From Rhodospirillaceae bacterium (GTDB taxonomy: Bacteria > Pseudomonadota > Alphaproteobacteria > Rhodospirillales > Rhodospirillaceae), in NCBI GenBank assembly GCA_029243545.1, contig JAQWRV010000029.1, positions 34,295 to 98,294 of the forward strand: a stretch of DNA of 64,000 nt, written 5' to 3'. Position 1 is the first letter of the stretch, and each line of letters opens with the position of its first letter. The position numbers and the translations under genes were made by a program. Below, in pieces: positions 19,508 through 32,334 of this stretch. The notes under the pieces are model-generated. The model did no database searches. It had not been told where the DNA came from and saw nothing but the letters and a program-made list of their open reading frames with translations.

Positions 19508-19873
19508 ATGGAAGAATTGCTTACGGAATATCTGCCGATACTGATTTTTATCGGTATCGCTTTTGGCTTGGCTTTCGCCATCGTGGCAGCCTCCCTTCTT
19601 GTTGCGCCGTCAAATCCAGACCCTGAGAAAACGTCGACGTATGAGTGTGGTTTCGAGGCCTTTGATGATACGCGCTCTAAATTCGATGTGCGGTTTTACC
19701 TAGTTGCAATTCTATTCATTATTTTCGACCTGGAGGTGGCTTTCCTCTTTCCGTGGGCGGTGAGCCTGTCGGGGATTGGTATCTTCGGATTTTGGTCAAT
19801 GATGATTTTTCTGGGCGTTCTGACGATTGGCTTCATTTATGAATGGCGCAAAGGGGCTCTTGAATGGGAGTAA
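19508..19873 (+). CDS. nuoA: NADH-quinone oxidoreductase subunit A
   Basis: 121-aa, 3-TM ND3-like protein with YECGF motif. Confidence 0.95.
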   Translation: MEELLTEYLPILIFIGIAFGLAFAIVAASLLVAPSNPDPEKTSTYECGFEAFDDTRSKFDVRFYLVAILFIIFDLEVAFLFPWAVSLSGIGIFGFWSMMIFLGVLTIGFIYEWRKGALEWE

Positions 19874-20418
19874 CCGTACCAGCTCAACCGGCAACCGATG
19901 TAATTCGTCCTGCAACGGATGATGATCAAGCCGTTGCTGCGCGCGTTGCCGAAGAATTGCAAACCAAAGGGTTCGTGCTGTCATCCATTGATAAGCTGGC
20001 CAATTGGGGGCGGACGGGGTCCATGTGGCCGATGTCGTTTGGACTAGCCTGTTGCGCCGTGGAAATGATGCATTCGGCGATGGCGCGCTATGACCTTGAC
20101 CGGTTTGGCATGTTTTTCCGCCCCAGTCCGCGCCAGTCTGATGTGATGATTGTTGCCGGCACGTTGACGAACAAAATGGCGCCGGCTCTGCGCAAAGTTT
20201 ACGACCAGATGCCGGAACCCCGGTGGGTGATTTCCATGGGGTCTTGTGCCAACGGCGGCGGTTACTATCACTATTCCTATTCTGTGGTGCGGGGTTGTGA
20301 CCGTGTGGTCCCTGTCGACATCTATGTTCCGGGTTGCCCACCGACTGCTGAAGCTTTGCTCTATGGCATCCTTCAACTGCACAAGAAAATCCGCCGTGTC
20401 GGTACGCTGGACCGTTAA
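19864..20418 (+). CDS. nuoB: NADH-quinone oxidoreductase subunit B
   Basis: PSST-type subunit with cluster N2 cysteines ([23 protein letters not shown]). Confidence 0.95.
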   Translation: MGVTVPAQPATDVIRPATDDDQAVAARVAEELQTKGFVLSSIDKLANWGRTGSMWPMSFGLACCAVEMMHSAMARYDLDRFGMFFRPSPRQSDVMIVAGTLTNKMAPALRKVYDQMPEPRWVISMGSCANGGGYYHYSYSVVRGCDRVVPVDIYVPGCPPTAEALLYGILQLHKKIRRVGTLDR

Positions 20419-20440
20419 GGGACCTATTAGGTATTGAGCG

Positions 20441-21079
20441 ATGATAGCAGACCCTGATCAGGCATCGGCACTTTCTGACTTGGCAGAGATCTTGGGTCTC
20501 TCCCTTGCCGACGATATAATCGAGGCGGCCGTGATTGATGGCGCCTTGACCGTTGCTGTGCAGCGCCCTTCAATAACGAAAGTTCTGAAGTTCTTGCGCG
20601 ACGATACCAATTGTCAGTTCACCCAATTGGTCGACCTGTGTGCTGTTGACTTTCCCGAGCGCGAAGAACGCTTTGATATTGTATATCATCTGCTCAGCAT
20701 GAACCATAACTTGAGGATACGCGTGAAGGTGACGGCGTCGGAAGAAGCGGCAGTCCCTACAGCGTCTAAAGTGTTTTCCTGTGCCAATTGGTTCGAGCGG
20801 GAAGTGTGGGACATGTACGGCGTGTTCTTTTCCGATCACCCAGATTTGCGGCGTATCCTAACCGACTACGGTTTTGATGGGCATGCGCAACGCAAGGATT
20901 TTCCACTCACGGGTTATGTCGAAGTGCGTTATGACGAAGAACAAAAGCGCGTTGTCTATGAGCCGGTGAAATTGACCCAAGATTTTCGTTCGTTTGATTT
21001 TATGAGCCCTTGGGAAGGGGCGGAGCACGCACACCAGCAAATGCTTCCGGGTGACGAGAAGGCGTTTCAAGATGGCTGA
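20441..21079 (+). CDS. nuoC: NADH-quinone oxidoreductase subunit C
   Basis: 30-kDa subunit pattern ([16 protein letters not shown]). Confidence 0.95.
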   Translation: MIADPDQASALSDLAEILGLSLADDIIEAAVIDGALTVAVQRPSITKVLKFLRDDTNCQFTQLVDLCAVDFPEREERFDIVYHLLSMNHNLRIRVKVTASEEAAVPTASKVFSCANWFEREVWDMYGVFFSDHPDLRRILTDYGFDGHAQRKDFPLTGYVEVRYDEEQKRVVYEPVKLTQDFRSFDFMSPWEGAEHAHQQMLPGDEKAFQDG

Positions 21080-22259
21080 ACCTGTTGAAGCCGAAATTGA
21101 GAATTATACCGTTAACTTTGGACCGCAGCATCCAGCGGCCCACGGTGTTTTGCGTCTTGTGCTTGAGATGGGCGGAGAAACCATAGACCGCATTGATCCT
21201 CATATTGGCTTGCTTCACAGGGGTACTGAGAAACTCATAGAATATAAGACGTACCTGCAGGCCGTGCCTTATTTCGACCGGCTTGATTACGTTTCACCGA
21301 TGAATCAAGAGCAGGCCTATGCGATTGCTGTTGAACGTTTGCTGGGTATCGAAGTGCCAAAGCGTGGGCAATACATTCGCATGCTGTTTTGTGAAATCAC
21401 CCGCATTCTCAATCACATTATGAATATTGGTTCCTATGCCATGGACGTGGGCGCGATGACTCCGTTCCTGTGGACGTTTGAGGAACGTGAAAAGCTCATG
21501 GGCTTTTACGATGATGTTTCCGGCGCGCGCATGCATGCGGCCTATGTCCGCCCCGGCGGTGTCGCGCAGGACATGCCAGCTGGCTTGGCGGAACGGATTT
21601 CCGACTGGGCCGCAGCTTTTCCAAAGATTATCGATGACGTGGAAGGTTTGCTGACAGAGAACCGCATTTTCAAACAACGTACCGTCGATATCGGTATTGT
21701 CAGCAAAGAAGAAGCTCTTGATTGGGGGTTCACAGGACCGAACCTGCGGGCGTCTGGCTTGGCTTGGGATTTGCGTAAGTCACAACCTTACGACGGCTAT
21801 GACGAGATGGATTTTGATATTCCCATTGGCAAACACGGCGACTGCTACGATCGTTACATCGTGCGAATTGCCGAAATGCGGGAATCACTACGCATCATTA
21901 ACCAATGCCTTGAAAAAATGCCTGGCGGTCCAGTCAAAGTGCAGGACCGTAAGATTAGTCCGCCGCCGCGTGGTGATATGAAAGGCTCGATGGAGGCGTT
22001 GATCCATCACTTCAAACTCTATACCGAGGGCTACCACGTACCGCGCGGGGAAACTTACGCCGCTGTCGAAGCACCGAAAGGTGAGTTTGCGGTGTATCTG
22101 ATTTCGGATGGCTCTAACAAACCGTACCGCTGCCGTATTCGCGCACCTGGTTTCGTGCACATGCAAGGTATGGACTTCATGCTTCGCGGTCACATGCTGG
22201 CAGATGTACCTGCCGTGCTCGGTTCTATTGATATCGTGTTCGGGGAGGTGGACCGATGA
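21072..22259 (+). CDS. nuoD: NADH-quinone oxidoreductase subunit D
   Basis: 49-kDa subunit ([15 protein letters not shown]). Start trimmed to the ATG overlapping the nuoC stop (ATGGCTGA). Confidence 0.95.
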   Translation: MAEPVEAEIENYTVNFGPQHPAAHGVLRLVLEMGGETIDRIDPHIGLLHRGTEKLIEYKTYLQAVPYFDRLDYVSPMNQEQAYAIAVERLLGIEVPKRGQYIRMLFCEITRILNHIMNIGSYAMDVGAMTPFLWTFEEREKLMGFYDDVSGARMHAAYVRPGGVAQDMPAGLAERISDWAAAFPKIIDDVEGLLTENRIFKQRTVDIGIVSKEEALDWGFTGPNLRASGLAWDLRKSQPYDGYDEMDFDIPIGKHGDCYDRYIVRIAEMRESLRIINQCLEKMPGGPVKVQDRKISPPPRGDMKGSMEALIHHFKLYTEGYHVPRGETYAAVEAPKGEFAVYLISDGSNKPYRCRIRAPGFVHMQGMDFMLRGHMLADVPAVLGSIDIVFGEVDR

Positions 22260-22945
22260 GTTTGCGCCGCCTCGCTAAAGAACAGCCGGAAAGCTTCGTG
22301 TTTACCGACGAACATCAAGCCCGGGCTGAAAAGATTATTGCCAAGTATCCGGCGGGATATCAGGCCAGCGCCGTTATTCCATTGTTGGACTTGGCGCAGC
22401 GGCAAGACCGTTGGGTCACCAAGCCGGCCATCGAATATATTGCAGCCATGCTCGATATGGATGTGATCCGTGTGCTGGAAGTCGCGACCTTCTACACCAT
22501 GTTCAATCTGAACCCAGTCGGGAAGAGCCACATTCAAGTGTGCACAAACCTTCCCTGTATGTTGCGTGGCTGCGCTGATGTGGTGCGCGCTTGCGAAGAT
22601 AAGCTTGGCGTAAAATTTGGCGGCACAACTGCAGACGGTGATTTCACATTGAGTGAAGTTGAATGCGCAGGCGCTTGTGTTAACGCGCCAATTGTTGCTG
22701 TCGACGATGATTACTACGAAGATCTTGATTATGAATCGATGGGCAAGCTCATTGATGCGATTAAGGCCGGCAATCCACCGTCACCCGGGTCTGCGACAGG
22801 ACGCCAAGGGGCCGCGCCGGCGGGAGACCGTAAAAGTCTGACTGAAGACCCGACACCGACTTATTCCGCGCGGGATTGGGCGGCAGCTAAGCAGAAGTTT
22901 GAAGAGGCCCAGGAAGCGGCCCGCAAGGCGAAGGAAAACGCGTGA
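22256..22945 (+). CDS. nuoE: NADH-quinone oxidoreductase subunit E (with Pro/Ala/Lys-rich C-terminal tail)
   Basis: 24-kDa 2Fe-2S subunit ([10 protein letters not shown] ... [10 protein letters not shown]). Confidence 0.95.
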   Translation: MSLRRLAKEQPESFVFTDEHQARAEKIIAKYPAGYQASAVIPLLDLAQRQDRWVTKPAIEYIAAMLDMDVIRVLEVATFYTMFNLNPVGKSHIQVCTNLPCMLRGCADVVRACEDKLGVKFGGTTADGDFTLSEVECAGACVNAPIVAVDDDYYEDLDYESMGKLIDAIKAGNPPSPGSATGRQGAAPAGDRKSLTEDPTPTYSARDWAAAKQKFEEAQEAARKAKENA

Positions 22946-24234
22946 TGTTGCAAGACCAGGATCGCATTTTCACGAACCTCTACGGCCATCATGATTGGCG
23001 TCTCGCCGGTGCCCGCGCGCGCGGCGACTGGGATGGCACCAAAGAAATCATGGCCATGGGGCAGCCCTGGATCATTGATGAAATGAAGGCATCCGGCTTG
23101 CGTGGACGTGGCGGCGCCGGGTTCCCAACCGGGCTTAAGTGGTCATTCATGCCTAAGACGGAAACCGACCGGCCGCATTATCTGGTTGTGAATGCCGACG
23201 AAGGCGAGCCCGGGACCTGCAAAGACCGCGACATGATGCGGTTTGATCCGCACAAGCTTGTAGAAGGGTGCTTGCTGGCCAGTTTTGCCATGAATGCGCA
23301 CGCCTGTTACATCTACATTCGCGGTGAGTTCTATAACGAAGCGTCTAACCTTCAGGTCGCGATTGATGAAGCTTATGAAGCGGGACTTATAGGCAAGAAT
23401 GCATGCGGGTCGGGCTGGGATTTTGATCTGTACCTGCACCGCGGCGCCGGCGCCTATATTTGTGGCGAAGAAACCGCGCTCATTGAAAGCCTTGAAGGTA
23501 AAAAAGGTCAGCCACGTTTGAAGCCGCCATTTCCAGCTGGTGTAGGCCTCTATGGGTGCCCAACCACTGTAAACAATGTGGAAAGCATTGCTGTTGCACC
23601 GACTATTTTGCGCCGGGGTGCATCATGGTTTGCCGGTATCGGCCGCCTGAACAATACCGGGACAAAAGTGTTTTGTATTTCCGGGCACGTTAACCGGCCG
23701 TGCAATGTAGAAGAAGAGATGGGCATTCCACTGAAGGAACTCATCGACAAACATTGTGACGGTGTGATCGGCGGCTGGGAAAACCTGCAAGCCATCATCC
23801 CGGGAGGTAGCTCTGTACCGTGTCTGCCGAGCACTATTTGTAATGACATTTTGATGGATTTTGACTCATTGCGTGACGTGAAGTCGGGTCTCGGCACAGC
23901 CGCTGTGATGGTGATGGATAAATCAGTCGACATCATTGCCGTTATTACGCGCCTGGCTGCCTTTTACAAACATGAAAGCTGTGGCCAGTGCACGCCATGC
24001 CGGGAAGGTACCGGATGGATGTACCGGATTATGCAGCGGCTTGTCTCTGGGCAGGCGTCGCCAGAAGAAATTGATATGCTGGAAGAGGTCACCTATCAAA
24101 TTGAAGGTCACACGATATGCGCTCTTGGGGATGCGGCAGCGTGGCCAATACAAGGATTGATAAGGCACTTCCGGCCACAACTTGAACAACGCATACAAGA
24201 CTTCCGCGACGGCAAATTTCCGCGCGCGGCATAA
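22945..24234 (+). CDS. nuoF: NADH-quinone oxidoreductase subunit F
   Basis: 51-kDa subunit: FMN/NADH site [13 protein letters not shown] and 4Fe-4S motif [13 protein letters not shown] 22945 overlaps the nuoE TGA. Confidence 0.95.
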   Translation: MLQDQDRIFTNLYGHHDWRLAGARARGDWDGTKEIMAMGQPWIIDEMKASGLRGRGGAGFPTGLKWSFMPKTETDRPHYLVVNADEGEPGTCKDRDMMRFDPHKLVEGCLLASFAMNAHACYIYIRGEFYNEASNLQVAIDEAYEAGLIGKNACGSGWDFDLYLHRGAGAYICGEETALIESLEGKKGQPRLKPPFPAGVGLYGCPTTVNNVESIAVAPTILRRGASWFAGIGRLNNTGTKVFCISGHVNRPCNVEEEMGIPLKELIDKHCDGVIGGWENLQAIIPGGSSVPCLPSTICNDILMDFDSLRDVKSGLGTAAVMVMDKSVDIIAVITRLAAFYKHESCGQCTPCREGTGWMYRIMQRLVSGQASPEEIDMLEEVTYQIEGHTICALGDAAAWPIQGLIRHFRPQLEQRIQDFRDGKFPRAA

Positions 24235-24243
24235 GGATAGACG

Positions 24244-26310
24244 ATGCCAAAACTTACAGTCGACGGCATAGAAGTTGAAGTCGAACCTGGGGTCACCATA
24301 CTCCAGGCGGCGGAGCAGGCTGGCGCCGAGATTCCGCGCTTCTGTTACCACGACCGCTTATCCATTGCCGGCAACTGCCGCATGTGTCTGGTCGATGTGG
24401 AGAAGTCACCCAAGCCGGTGGCGTCCTGCGCTATGCCAGCCGGGGAAGGTATGGTGGTGCACACCAAATCTGAACGGGCGGTCAAAGCTCGTAACGGCGT
24501 AATGGAATTTCTGCTGATTAATCACCCGCTGGATTGTCCGATTTGCGACCAAGGCGGCGAATGTGATCTGCAAGACCAAGCGCTGGCGTTTGGTGCAGAT
24601 CGCGGGCGCTATATCGAACAGAAGCGGGCGGTCAAAGATAAAGATATGGGGCCGATTGTATCGACCATCATGACCCGCTGCATTCACTGCACCCGTTGTG
24701 TCCGCTTTGTAGAAGAAATAGGCGGCGTTGCTGAAATCGGTATGACTGGGCGCGGCGAGGATACGGAAATTACGACGTACCTTGAGCGAGCGTTGACGTC
24801 GGAGCTTTCGGGCAATGTGGTTGATCTTTGCCCGGTGGGTGCGCTGACCAACAAACCCTATGCGTTTACGGCGCGCTCTTGGGAATTGCGCAAGACAGAG
24901 TCGGTGGATGTGATGGACGCCGTTGGCACCAATATCCGTGTTGATAGCCGTGGCCGCGAAGTCATGCGCGTGTTGCCGCGTCTCAATGAATGGATCAATG
25001 AAGAATGGCTGGCGGATAAATCCCGCAACGCCTGTGATGGCCTCAAGTACCAGCGCCTAGATAAGCCTTATGTGCGCCGTGACGGAAAGCTGCAGGCAGC
25101 GTCATGGGATGAGGCCTTCGCCGCCATTTCTGAAAAGGTAACGGGCGCGTCCGGATCGCGCCTCGCGGCACTTGCAGGTGACACAGCGGATTGTGAATCC
25201 ATGTTAGCGCTGAAGGATTTGATGACCGCGTTGGGTTCCCCAAACACAGATTGCCGGCAAGATGGCGCTGCTCTGGACCCCAATGTCCGTGCTTCATATT
25301 TATTCAACACCACCATTGCCGGGATCGAAGATGCCGATGTTATTCTTCTGATTGGCACCGACCCGCGCAAAGAAGCACCGATCCTCAACGCACGCATCCG
25401 CAAAAGGTTTCGCGCCGGCGGCGTGAAAATCGGGGTCATCGGTGCAGCTGCTGATTTGACCTACGACTACGATCACCTAGGTTTAACTGCTGATGTGGTG
25501 GCAAGAATTGCTGACGGCAGCCATCCCTTTGCAGACGTCCTCAAGAATGCCGAATGTCCCATGCTGGTGATTGGCATGGGTGCCTTATCACGCGCTGATG
25601 GGGCAGCCATTCTTGCTACGGGTCATGCTATCGCCGATTCAACGGGAATGGTTTCGGGAGACTGGAACGGATTTAACGTGCTGCACACCGCTGCGGCTCG
25701 TGTTGGTGGTCTCGATGTCGGCTTTACACCGGGTGACGGCGGCAAGAATACGCAGGCTATTCTAGATGGCGCCGCGTCAGGCGACATTGATGTAGTTTAT
25801 CTCTTAGGCGCTGATGAAGTTGATACGTCAAAGCTCGATAAAGCGTTTGTTATTTACCAAGGGCATCACGGCGATTCGGGCGCTCATGGGGCTGATGTTA
25901 TTCTCCCGGGTGCGGCTTACACGGAAAAGAACGGCACCTATGTGAATACGGAAGGCCGGGCTCAATATGGCCAGCGAGTGATCTTCCCGCCAGGGGATGC
26001 CCGCGAAGACTGGTCTATCGTCCGTGCTTTGTCGGAACGCGTCGGCCATACCTTACCTTATGATTCTTTGGAGCAGGTCAGAGCGAGGCTGCGCAATTTA
26101 AGCCCTGTCTTTAATCATATGGATGATGTGGTTGTCGCCGATTGGGAAATCTTTGGACAGGCTGGCTCAATTGAAGCCAGTGCTTTCACCTATCCCGTGG
26201 ATAACTATTACCAAACTGACCCCATAAGCCGGGCATCGCAGACCATGGCCCAGTGCACGCAAGAATTTGTGCTCGGCGGGACAGGGAAGGCGACTGGCAC
26301 CGATGGTTGA
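24244..26310 (+). CDS. nuoG: NADH-quinone oxidoreductase subunit G
   Basis: 75-kDa subunit: N-terminal 2Fe-2[16 protein letters not shown] and 4Fe-4S motifs [10 protein letters not shown] and CIHCTRC. Confidence 0.95.
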   Translation: MPKLTVDGIEVEVEPGVTILQAAEQAGAEIPRFCYHDRLSIAGNCRMCLVDVEKSPKPVASCAMPAGEGMVVHTKSERAVKARNGVMEFLLINHPLDCPICDQGGECDLQDQALAFGADRGRYIEQKRAVKDKDMGPIVSTIMTRCIHCTRCVRFVEEIGGVAEIGMTGRGEDTEITTYLERALTSELSGNVVDLCPVGALTNKPYAFTARSWELRKTESVDVMDAVGTNIRVDSRGREVMRVLPRLNEWINEEWLADKSRNACDGLKYQRLDKPYVRRDGKLQAASWDEAFAAISEKVTGASGSRLAALAGDTADCESMLALKDLMTALGSPNTDCRQDGAALDPNVRASYLFNTTIAGIEDADVILLIGTDPRKEAPILNARIRKRFRAGGVKIGVIGAAADLTYDYDHLGLTADVVARIADGSHPFADVLKNAECPMLVIGMGALSRADGAAILATGHAIADSTGMVSGDWNGFNVLHTAAARVGGLDVGFTPGDGGKNTQAILDGAASGDIDVVYLLGADEVDTSKLDKAFVIYQGHHGDSGAHGADVILPGAAYTEKNGTYVNTEGRAQYGQRVIFPPGDAREDWSIVRALSERVGHTLPYDSLEQVRARLRNLSPVFNHMDDVVVADWEIFGQAGSIEASAFTYPVDNYYQTDPISRASQTMAQCTQEFVLGGTGKATGTDG

Positions 26311-27334
26311 GTTTTGGACCGCATATGTTTGGCCGGTGCTGTGGATCATCATTCAGATCCTCATGTTCCTGGTGCCAGTCCTGATTGGCGTGGCCTATTT
26401 GACCTACGCCGAGCGCAAGATCATCAGCGCCATGCAGATGCGTATTGGCCCCAACGTGGTCGGCTGGTTTGGTCTCCTTCAACCGATTGCCGATGCGGTC
26501 AAATTATTGACCAAAGAAACGGTGCTGCCGACAGGTGCCAGTCCGGTGGTGTTTTTCCTCGCCCCGATGGTGACCTTTGGCCTTGCGATGATGGCTTGGG
26601 CCGTTATTCCGGTGGGCGATGGTTGGGTTATCTCTAACTTGAATGTGGGCATTCTGTATCTGTTCGCCATTTCATCCTTAGGTGTTTATGGCGTGGTAAT
26701 GGCCGGTTGGGCCTCTAACTCGCGCTATGCCTTCCTCGGTGCCATGCGGTCCGCCGCGCAAATGGTCTCTTACGAAGTGTCCATCGGTTTCATTATGATT
26801 TCCGTGTTGATTACGGCAGGAACGTTGAACCTGACTGAACTCGTTCTAGCTCAATCTGAACCGCTATTCGGGGTGTTGCCGGGTTGGTACTTCATTCCGC
26901 ATTTCCCGATGTTCATTGTGTTCTTTATTTCCGTGCTGGCTGAAACAAACCGTCACCCGTTTGATTTGCCGGAAGCGGAGTCCGAACTCGTCGCCGGGTT
27001 TATGACCGAATACTCGTCCATGTCGTTCGCGCTGTTCTTCCTCGGCGAATACGCCAACATGATCATGATGAGCGCCTTGATCACGATCCTGTTCTTGGGG
27101 GGATGGCTGGCGCCCTATGATGTAGCGCCGCTGAATATGATTCCCGGGGTGGTTTGGTTCGCACTTAAAATTGCAATGTGTTTGTTCGTGTTCATTTGGA
27201 CACGGGCAACGTTTCCCCGCTACCGCTACGATCAACTAATGCGTCTCGGCTGGAAGATATTCCTGCCGTTCTCATTGATCTGGCTGGCTTTGACAGCTGG
27301 TTTCTTGGTCTACGCCGATGCGTTACCAGGTTAG
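26303..27334 (+). CDS. nuoH: NADH-quinone oxidoreductase subunit H
   Basis: ND1-like polytopic protein ([27 protein letters not shown]). Start trimmed to the ATG overlapping the nuoG stop. Confidence 0.95.
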   Translation: MVEFWTAYVWPVLWIIIQILMFLVPVLIGVAYLTYAERKIISAMQMRIGPNVVGWFGLLQPIADAVKLLTKETVLPTGASPVVFFLAPMVTFGLAMMAWAVIPVGDGWVISNLNVGILYLFAISSLGVYGVVMAGWASNSRYAFLGAMRSAAQMVSYEVSIGFIMISVLITAGTLNLTELVLAQSEPLFGVLPGWYFIPHFPMFIVFFISVLAETNRHPFDLPEAESELVAGFMTEYSSMSFALFFLGEYANMIMMSALITILFLGGWLAPYDVAPLNMIPGVVWFALKIAMCLFVFIWTRATFPRYRYDQLMRLGWKIFLPFSLIWLALTAGFLVYADALPG

Positions 27335-27350
27335 AGAGGAGGACTGAGCA

Positions 27351-27839
27351 ATGGCTTTTATTGACCGTACCGCCCGTTCGTTCCTGCTGACCGAGCTAGT
27401 GAGTGGCATGTGGCTGACGTTGAAATATATGTTCGGACCAAAAGTCACGATCAACTATCCCTACGAAAAGGGACCCTTGAGCCCGCGCTTCCGGGGCGAG
27501 CATGCATTGCGCCGTTATCCCAATGGGGAAGAGCGCTGCATTGCCTGCAAGCTGTGCGAAGCTATTTGTCCGGCGCAAGCGATCACTATTGAAGCGGAAC
27601 CGCGCGACGACGGCAGCCGCCGGACAACCCGCTACGACATCGATATGACCAAATGCATTTACTGCGGTTTCTGTGAAGAGGCCTGCCCGGTTGATGCCAT
27701 CGTTGAAGGGCCGAACTTTGAGTTCGCCACGGAGACCCGCGAAGAATTGCTCTACAACAAAGACAAACTGCTGGCCAACGGGGAACGTTGGGAACCGGAA
27801 TTGGCCAAACGCCTCGAACTTGATGCGCCGTATAGATAA
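27351..27839 (+). CDS. nuoI: NADH-quinone oxidoreductase subunit I
   Basis: Two ferredoxin-type motifs, [12 protein letters not shown] and [12 protein letters not shown]. Confidence 0.95.
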   Translation: MAFIDRTARSFLLTELVSGMWLTLKYMFGPKVTINYPYEKGPLSPRFRGEHALRRYPNGEERCIACKLCEAICPAQAITIEAEPRDDGSRRTTRYDIDMTKCIYCGFCEEACPVDAIVEGPNFEFATETREELLYNKDKLLANGERWEPELAKRLELDAPYR

Positions 27840-27902
27840 GCATAACTGAATGACTGACGTAATGGTAATTAACGCACCAAACACCAATGCAGGAGGCGCC
27901 TC

Positions 27903-28520
27903 ATGATTGCGGCGGCGATCGCGTTTTATGTGTTTGCGACCATGGCCGTGATCGGTGGCCTGAATGTCATTTTTCAGCGCAACCCGGTGCACTCCGTGTT
28001 GTGGCTGATCCTGACGTTCTTCAATGCGGCTGGTCTGTTCGTGATTCTCGGTGCTGAATTTGTCGCTATGATCTTAGTTGTGGTTTATGTGGGCGCTGTC
28101 GCGGTGTTGTTTCTCTTCGTCGTTATGATGCTGGACATCAACATAACGGTCATTCGTGAGGGAATTCATAAATATGTGTGGGCCGGTCTATTGGTCGGCG
28201 GCGTCTTGCTGGCTGAATTGGTGACGGTCTTCACCAGCTGGGTGATGTTTGATGACGCTGCATCTCTCAGTACCGCACCGACACCCGATCCAAATGTCAT
28301 CACCAACACGGAAGCGTTGGGCAACATTTTGTATACAGACTATGTGTACTTGTTTCAGGCAGCCGGGATTATTCTCCTGGTGGCGATGATTGGTTCGATT
28401 GTTTTAACGTACCGGACCCGCACAGGTGTGCGTAAACAAGTTATTGCTGATCAAGTGGCGCGCCGTCCTAGTGATACCCTTGAGATGGTCAAGGTCGAGT
28501 CAGGGAAGGGCCTGCAATAA
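27903..28520 (+). CDS. nuoJ: NADH-quinone oxidoreductase subunit J
   Basis: ND6-like hydrophobic protein in the canonical operon position. Confidence 0.9.
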   Translation: MIAAAIAFYVFATMAVIGGLNVIFQRNPVHSVLWLILTFFNAAGLFVILGAEFVAMILVVVYVGAVAVLFLFVVMMLDINITVIREGIHKYVWAGLLVGGVLLAELVTVFTSWVMFDDAASLSTAPTPDPNVITNTEALGNILYTDYVYLFQAAGIILLVAMIGSIVLTYRTRTGVRKQVIADQVARRPSDTLEMVKVESGKGLQ

Positions 28521-28828
28521 TGGCTGTTAGCCTTGCCCATTATCTGACCGTCGCGGCGATCCTGTTTAGTATCGGTATCTTCGGTATTTTCGTGAACCGG
28601 AAAAACCTGATCATCATTCTTATGTCTATCGAGTTGATGCTGCTGGCGGTGAATATAAACTTTGTCGCGTTCTCGGCCTTCATGAACGATCTCATGGGGC
28701 AAATATTCACGATGCTGGTGTTGACGGTTGCTGCTGCGGAAGCGGCCATTGGGTTGGCGATTGTCGTCGTCTTCTACCGGGCGCACCGCTCGATCGAAGT
28801 TGAAGATATTAACCAGTTGAAGGGGTAG
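28520..28828 (+). CDS. nuoK: NADH-quinone oxidoreductase subunit K
   Basis: ND4L-like, 102 aa, 3 TM. Confidence 0.93.
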   Translation: MAVSLAHYLTVAAILFSIGIFGIFVNRKNLIIILMSIELMLLAVNINFVAFSAFMNDLMGQIFTMLVLTVAAAEAAIGLAIVVVFYRAHRSIEVEDINQLKG

Positions 28829-28836
28829 GGGCACAA

Positions 28837-30759
28837 ATGTACGCCGCCGCCATTTTCCTGCCCTTGCTAGGGGCTGCCATTGCCGGGTTCTTCGGCCGCC
28901 GTATTGGCGACCGGGCTTCACAAATCGTCACCTGTGCGGGTGTCGGCCTTGGTGCCGTGCTGTCGATCCCGATCTTTTTCTCGGTCGCTGTGGGCGGTAA
29001 CGAAGAAGTTGTGACCCTGGCCACTTGGATTAACTCCGGTACCTTTGAAACAGCCTGGGCGCTTCGCTTCGACACCTTGTCGGCGGTCATGGTGATGACG
29101 GTGACCTGTGTCTCGTTCCTTATTCATGTCTATGCCGTCGGCTACATGAGTCATGACGACTGCAAGCCGCGGTTCATGGCGTATCTCTCGTTGTTCACTT
29201 TTGCCATGCTGATGCTAGTGACGGCGGATAATTTGGTTCAACTATTTTTTGGCTGGGAAGGCGTTGGTGTGGTCTCCTATTTGCTGATTGGGTTCTGGTT
29301 TAAGAAACCCACGGCAAATGCGGCGGCGATCAAAGCTTTTGTGGTCAATCGGGTAGGGGACTTTGGTTTCCTGCTCGGGATATTCGGAATTTACTTGCTC
29401 GTAGATGCAGTAAGTTTTGATACCGTATTCGATGCCGTGCCGTCACACGCAGAGGATGCGGTCACTTTCTTCGGTATTGAAGGGCATGCGCTAACGCTTA
29501 TTGCGTTATTGTTGTTCGTCGGTGCTATGGGCAAGTCAGCGCAGTTGTTTCTGCACACTTGGCTGCCAGACGCCATGGAAGGCCCGACACCGGTGTCGGC
29601 ACTCATCCATGCCGCGACCATGGTCACGGCGGGTGTATTCTTGGTGGCCCGTATGTCGCCGCTGTTTGAATATGCTCCAGCTGCATTAGAGGTTGTAACC
29701 GTCGTTGGTGCTTCGACCGCATTTTTTGCGGCGACCATTGGCTGTGTGCAGAACGATATCAAACGGGTGATTGCTTACTCGACCTGCTCGCAACTGGGTT
29801 ACATGTTCTTTGCCTGCGGGGTAGGCGCATATTCCGCAGCTATCTTTCACCTCATGACTCACGCCTGGTTTAAGGCGTTGTTGTTCTTAGGGTCTGGCTC
29901 TGTGATCCATGCCATGTCTGATGAGCAAGACATGCGCAAGATGGGCGGGATTTGGAAGCACGTGAAGGTCACTTACGCCATGATGTGGATTGGTACATTG
30001 GCTTTGGTCGCCGTGCCGCCGTTTGCCGGTTATTATTCCAAAGACATGATTCTTGAAGCAGCTTATGGGGCTCACACCAGTGTTGGGCAGTACGCCTTTA
30101 TCATGGGGATAGCAGCGGCCCTTATGACCGCCTTCTATTCCGGCCGGCTGCTGTTCATGACTTTCCATGGTGAACCACGCGCCGAAAAAGAAGTTATGGA
30201 CCACGTACACGAAAGCCCGTTGATCATGACTCTTCCATTGGCGGGGCTGGCCATCGGCGCCATCTTTGCCGGTTACATCGGCTACGATGTATTCATCGGC
30301 GACGGCCGTGACATGTTCTGGCGAGATGCGATTGCGGTGTTGGGTAATGATCCTATTGAAGCGGCTCATCATGTTCCGGCCTGGGTGGTGTGGTCGCCCA
30401 TGGTGGTAACGTTGCTGGGTCTTGGCTTGGCCTATCACCTCTATATGCGCCGGCCCGATATTCCTGGCCGTCTCGCCGCTAGTTACCCGTTGGTCTACAA
30501 GTTCCTGCTCAACAAATGGTACTTCGACGAGTTGTATGACTTCCTGTTTGTCCGCCCGGCCTTTCGTATTGGCCGCGTGTTGTGGAAGCGCGGAGACGAA
30601 GGCGTCATCGACCGCTTCGGACCGGACGGTATTTCGGCCTCTGTTATTGCAGGGGCTAAGCGCCTTGGTGCGGTGCAGACCGGTTACCTCTATCACTATG
30701 CCTTCGCCATGATCATCGGCATTGCCCTGTTCGTGTCGTGGATAGTGGTAGGTGGATAG
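28837..30759 (+). CDS. nuoL: NADH-quinone oxidoreductase subunit L
   Basis: ND5-like antiporter-type subunit, 640 aa. Confidence 0.95.
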   Translation: MYAAAIFLPLLGAAIAGFFGRRIGDRASQIVTCAGVGLGAVLSIPIFFSVAVGGNEEVVTLATWINSGTFETAWALRFDTLSAVMVMTVTCVSFLIHVYAVGYMSHDDCKPRFMAYLSLFTFAMLMLVTADNLVQLFFGWEGVGVVSYLLIGFWFKKPTANAAAIKAFVVNRVGDFGFLLGIFGIYLLVDAVSFDTVFDAVPSHAEDAVTFFGIEGHALTLIALLLFVGAMGKSAQLFLHTWLPDAMEGPTPVSALIHAATMVTAGVFLVARMSPLFEYAPAALEVVTVVGASTAFFAATIGCVQNDIKRVIAYSTCSQLGYMFFACGVGAYSAAIFHLMTHAWFKALLFLGSGSVIHAMSDEQDMRKMGGIWKHVKVTYAMMWIGTLALVAVPPFAGYYSKDMILEAAYGAHTSVGQYAFIMGIAAALMTAFYSGRLLFMTFHGEPRAEKEVMDHVHESPLIMTLPLAGLAIGAIFAGYIGYDVFIGDGRDMFWRDAIAVLGNDPIEAAHHVPAWVVWSPMVVTLLGLGLAYHLYMRRPDIPGRLAASYPLVYKFLLNKWYFDELYDFLFVRPAFRIGRVLWKRGDEGVIDRFGPDGISASVIAGAKRLGAVQTGYLYHYAFAMIIGIALFVSWIVVGG

Positions 30760-30771
30760 GGGTCTGCTGGT

Positions 30772-32325
30772 ATGAACGCCTTTATCGAGAATCTTCCGCT
30801 GTTGAGCGTTGTCACGTTTACGCCGTTGCTTGGCGTTCTTTTGTTGCTGACCATCCGAGCAGACGATTCCGAGATTGTTGCGCGTAACAGCCGGTGGGTG
30901 GCGCTGTGGGTGACACTGGGTACGTTTGTTGCTTCGCTGCTGATCTGGGCCAATTTTGACAATGGAACAGCAGATTTCCAATTCGTCGAGAAGCACGATT
31001 GGTTTCCCTCATACGGTATTCAATATCATATGGGTGTGGACGGCATTTCCATGCTGTTCGTTATTCTCTCCACCTTCCTGACACCGATCTGTGTGCTGGC
31101 CAGTTGGGACGCGATCAAAACCCGCGTGCGGGAATACATGATTTCCTTCCTGATTTTGGAAACCATGATGGTCGGTATGTTCTGCGCCCTGGATATGGTG
31201 TTGTTCTACGTCTTCTTTGAAGGTGTGCTGATCCCCATGTTCCTGATCATCGGGGTGTGGGGTGGGACGCGCCGGGTGTATTCCGCGTTTAAGTTCTTTC
31301 TCTATACCCTGACCGGTTCGGTGTTGTTGCTGGTGGCTATGCTGGCCATGTATTTCACTGCCGGGACCACAGACATTCCTACATTGATGACGACCCGGTT
31401 CCCGTTCGATACGCAATTCTGGCTGTGGCTGGGTCTGTTTGCCTCCTTCGCCGTGAAGGTGCCCATGTGGCCGGTGCACACATGGCTGCCTGACGCCCAC
31501 GTGGAAGCGCCGACAGCGGGCTCAGTCATCTTGGCTGGTGTGCTGTTGAAGATGGGCGGTTACGGGTTCTTGCGGTTCTCTTTGCCCATGCTGCCATTGG
31601 CCAGCGAGTACTTCACACCATTAGTTTACACCTTGTCCATCATCGCGGTGATCTACACGTCGCTAGTGGCGCTGGCTCAAGAGGACATGAAAAAGCTGAT
31701 CGCTTATTCTTCTGTGGCACATATGGGATTTGTCACCGTTGGTATTTTTGCCGCCACGCAGCAAGCCGTGCAGGGCGCGGTCTATCAGATGCTCAGCCAC
31801 GGTATTGTCTCGGGCGCGTTGTTCCTCTGCGTTGGTGTGGTCTACGACCGTCTGCATACTCGAGAGATCGAGCGTTACGGCGGCTTGGTCAACAACATGC
31901 CCAAGTACGCATTCGTCTTCATGCTGATGATGCTGGCGTCGGTTGGCCTGCCAGGGACATCCGGGTTTGTCGGCGAATTTCTGGTGCTGGCGGGTGTGTT
32001 CCAGGTCAACACCTGGGTGTCGCTGCTCACAGCCACTGGTGTGATCTTAGGCGCTACTTACATGCTGTACTTGTACCGGCGTGTCATTTATGGCGAACTC
32101 ACCAAGGAAGACCTTAAGGGCTTGCCCGACTTGAGTAGGCGCGAGCTAGTTATTTTCGCCCCATTAGTGATCATTGTGATGTGGATGGGCGTTTATCCCA
32201 CGTCCTTTTTGGCTGTCATGGATGTGTCTGTCGCCAAGCTCATTGCTGATTACAACGCTGCCATTGGCGCAGAATCCGCGGCCCTTAATATGGCCGATGG
32301 CATTCGCCTGGCGCTGGGCCGGTAG
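30772..32325 (+). CDS. nuoM: NADH-quinone oxidoreductase subunit M
   Basis: ND4-like antiporter-type subunit, 517 aa. Confidence 0.95.
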   Translation: MNAFIENLPLLSVVTFTPLLGVLLLLTIRADDSEIVARNSRWVALWVTLGTFVASLLIWANFDNGTADFQFVEKHDWFPSYGIQYHMGVDGISMLFVILSTFLTPICVLASWDAIKTRVREYMISFLILETMMVGMFCALDMVLFYVFFEGVLIPMFLIIGVWGGTRRVYSAFKFFLYTLTGSVLLLVAMLAMYFTAGTTDIPTLMTTRFPFDTQFWLWLGLFASFAVKVPMWPVHTWLPDAHVEAPTAGSVILAGVLLKMGGYGFLRFSLPMLPLASEYFTPLVYTLSIIAVIYTSLVALAQEDMKKLIAYSSVAHMGFVTVGIFAATQQAVQGAVYQMLSHGIVSGALFLCVGVVYDRLHTREIERYGGLVNNMPKYAFVFMLMMLASVGLPGTSGFVGEFLVLAGVFQVNTWVSLLTATGVILGATYMLYLYRRVIYGELTKEDLKGLPDLSRRELVIFAPLVIIVMWMGVYPTSFLAVMDVSVAKLIADYNAAIGAESAALNMADGIRLALGR

Positions 32326-32334
32326 GGGTGGATT

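Noticed and set aside
29887-30996. 369-aa minus-strand ORF
   Set aside because: It is fully antisense to nuoL/nuoM. Its composition is Arg/His/Gln/Pro-rich and non-protein-like. This is a typical long antisense frame opposite a well-supported, strongly conserved gene.
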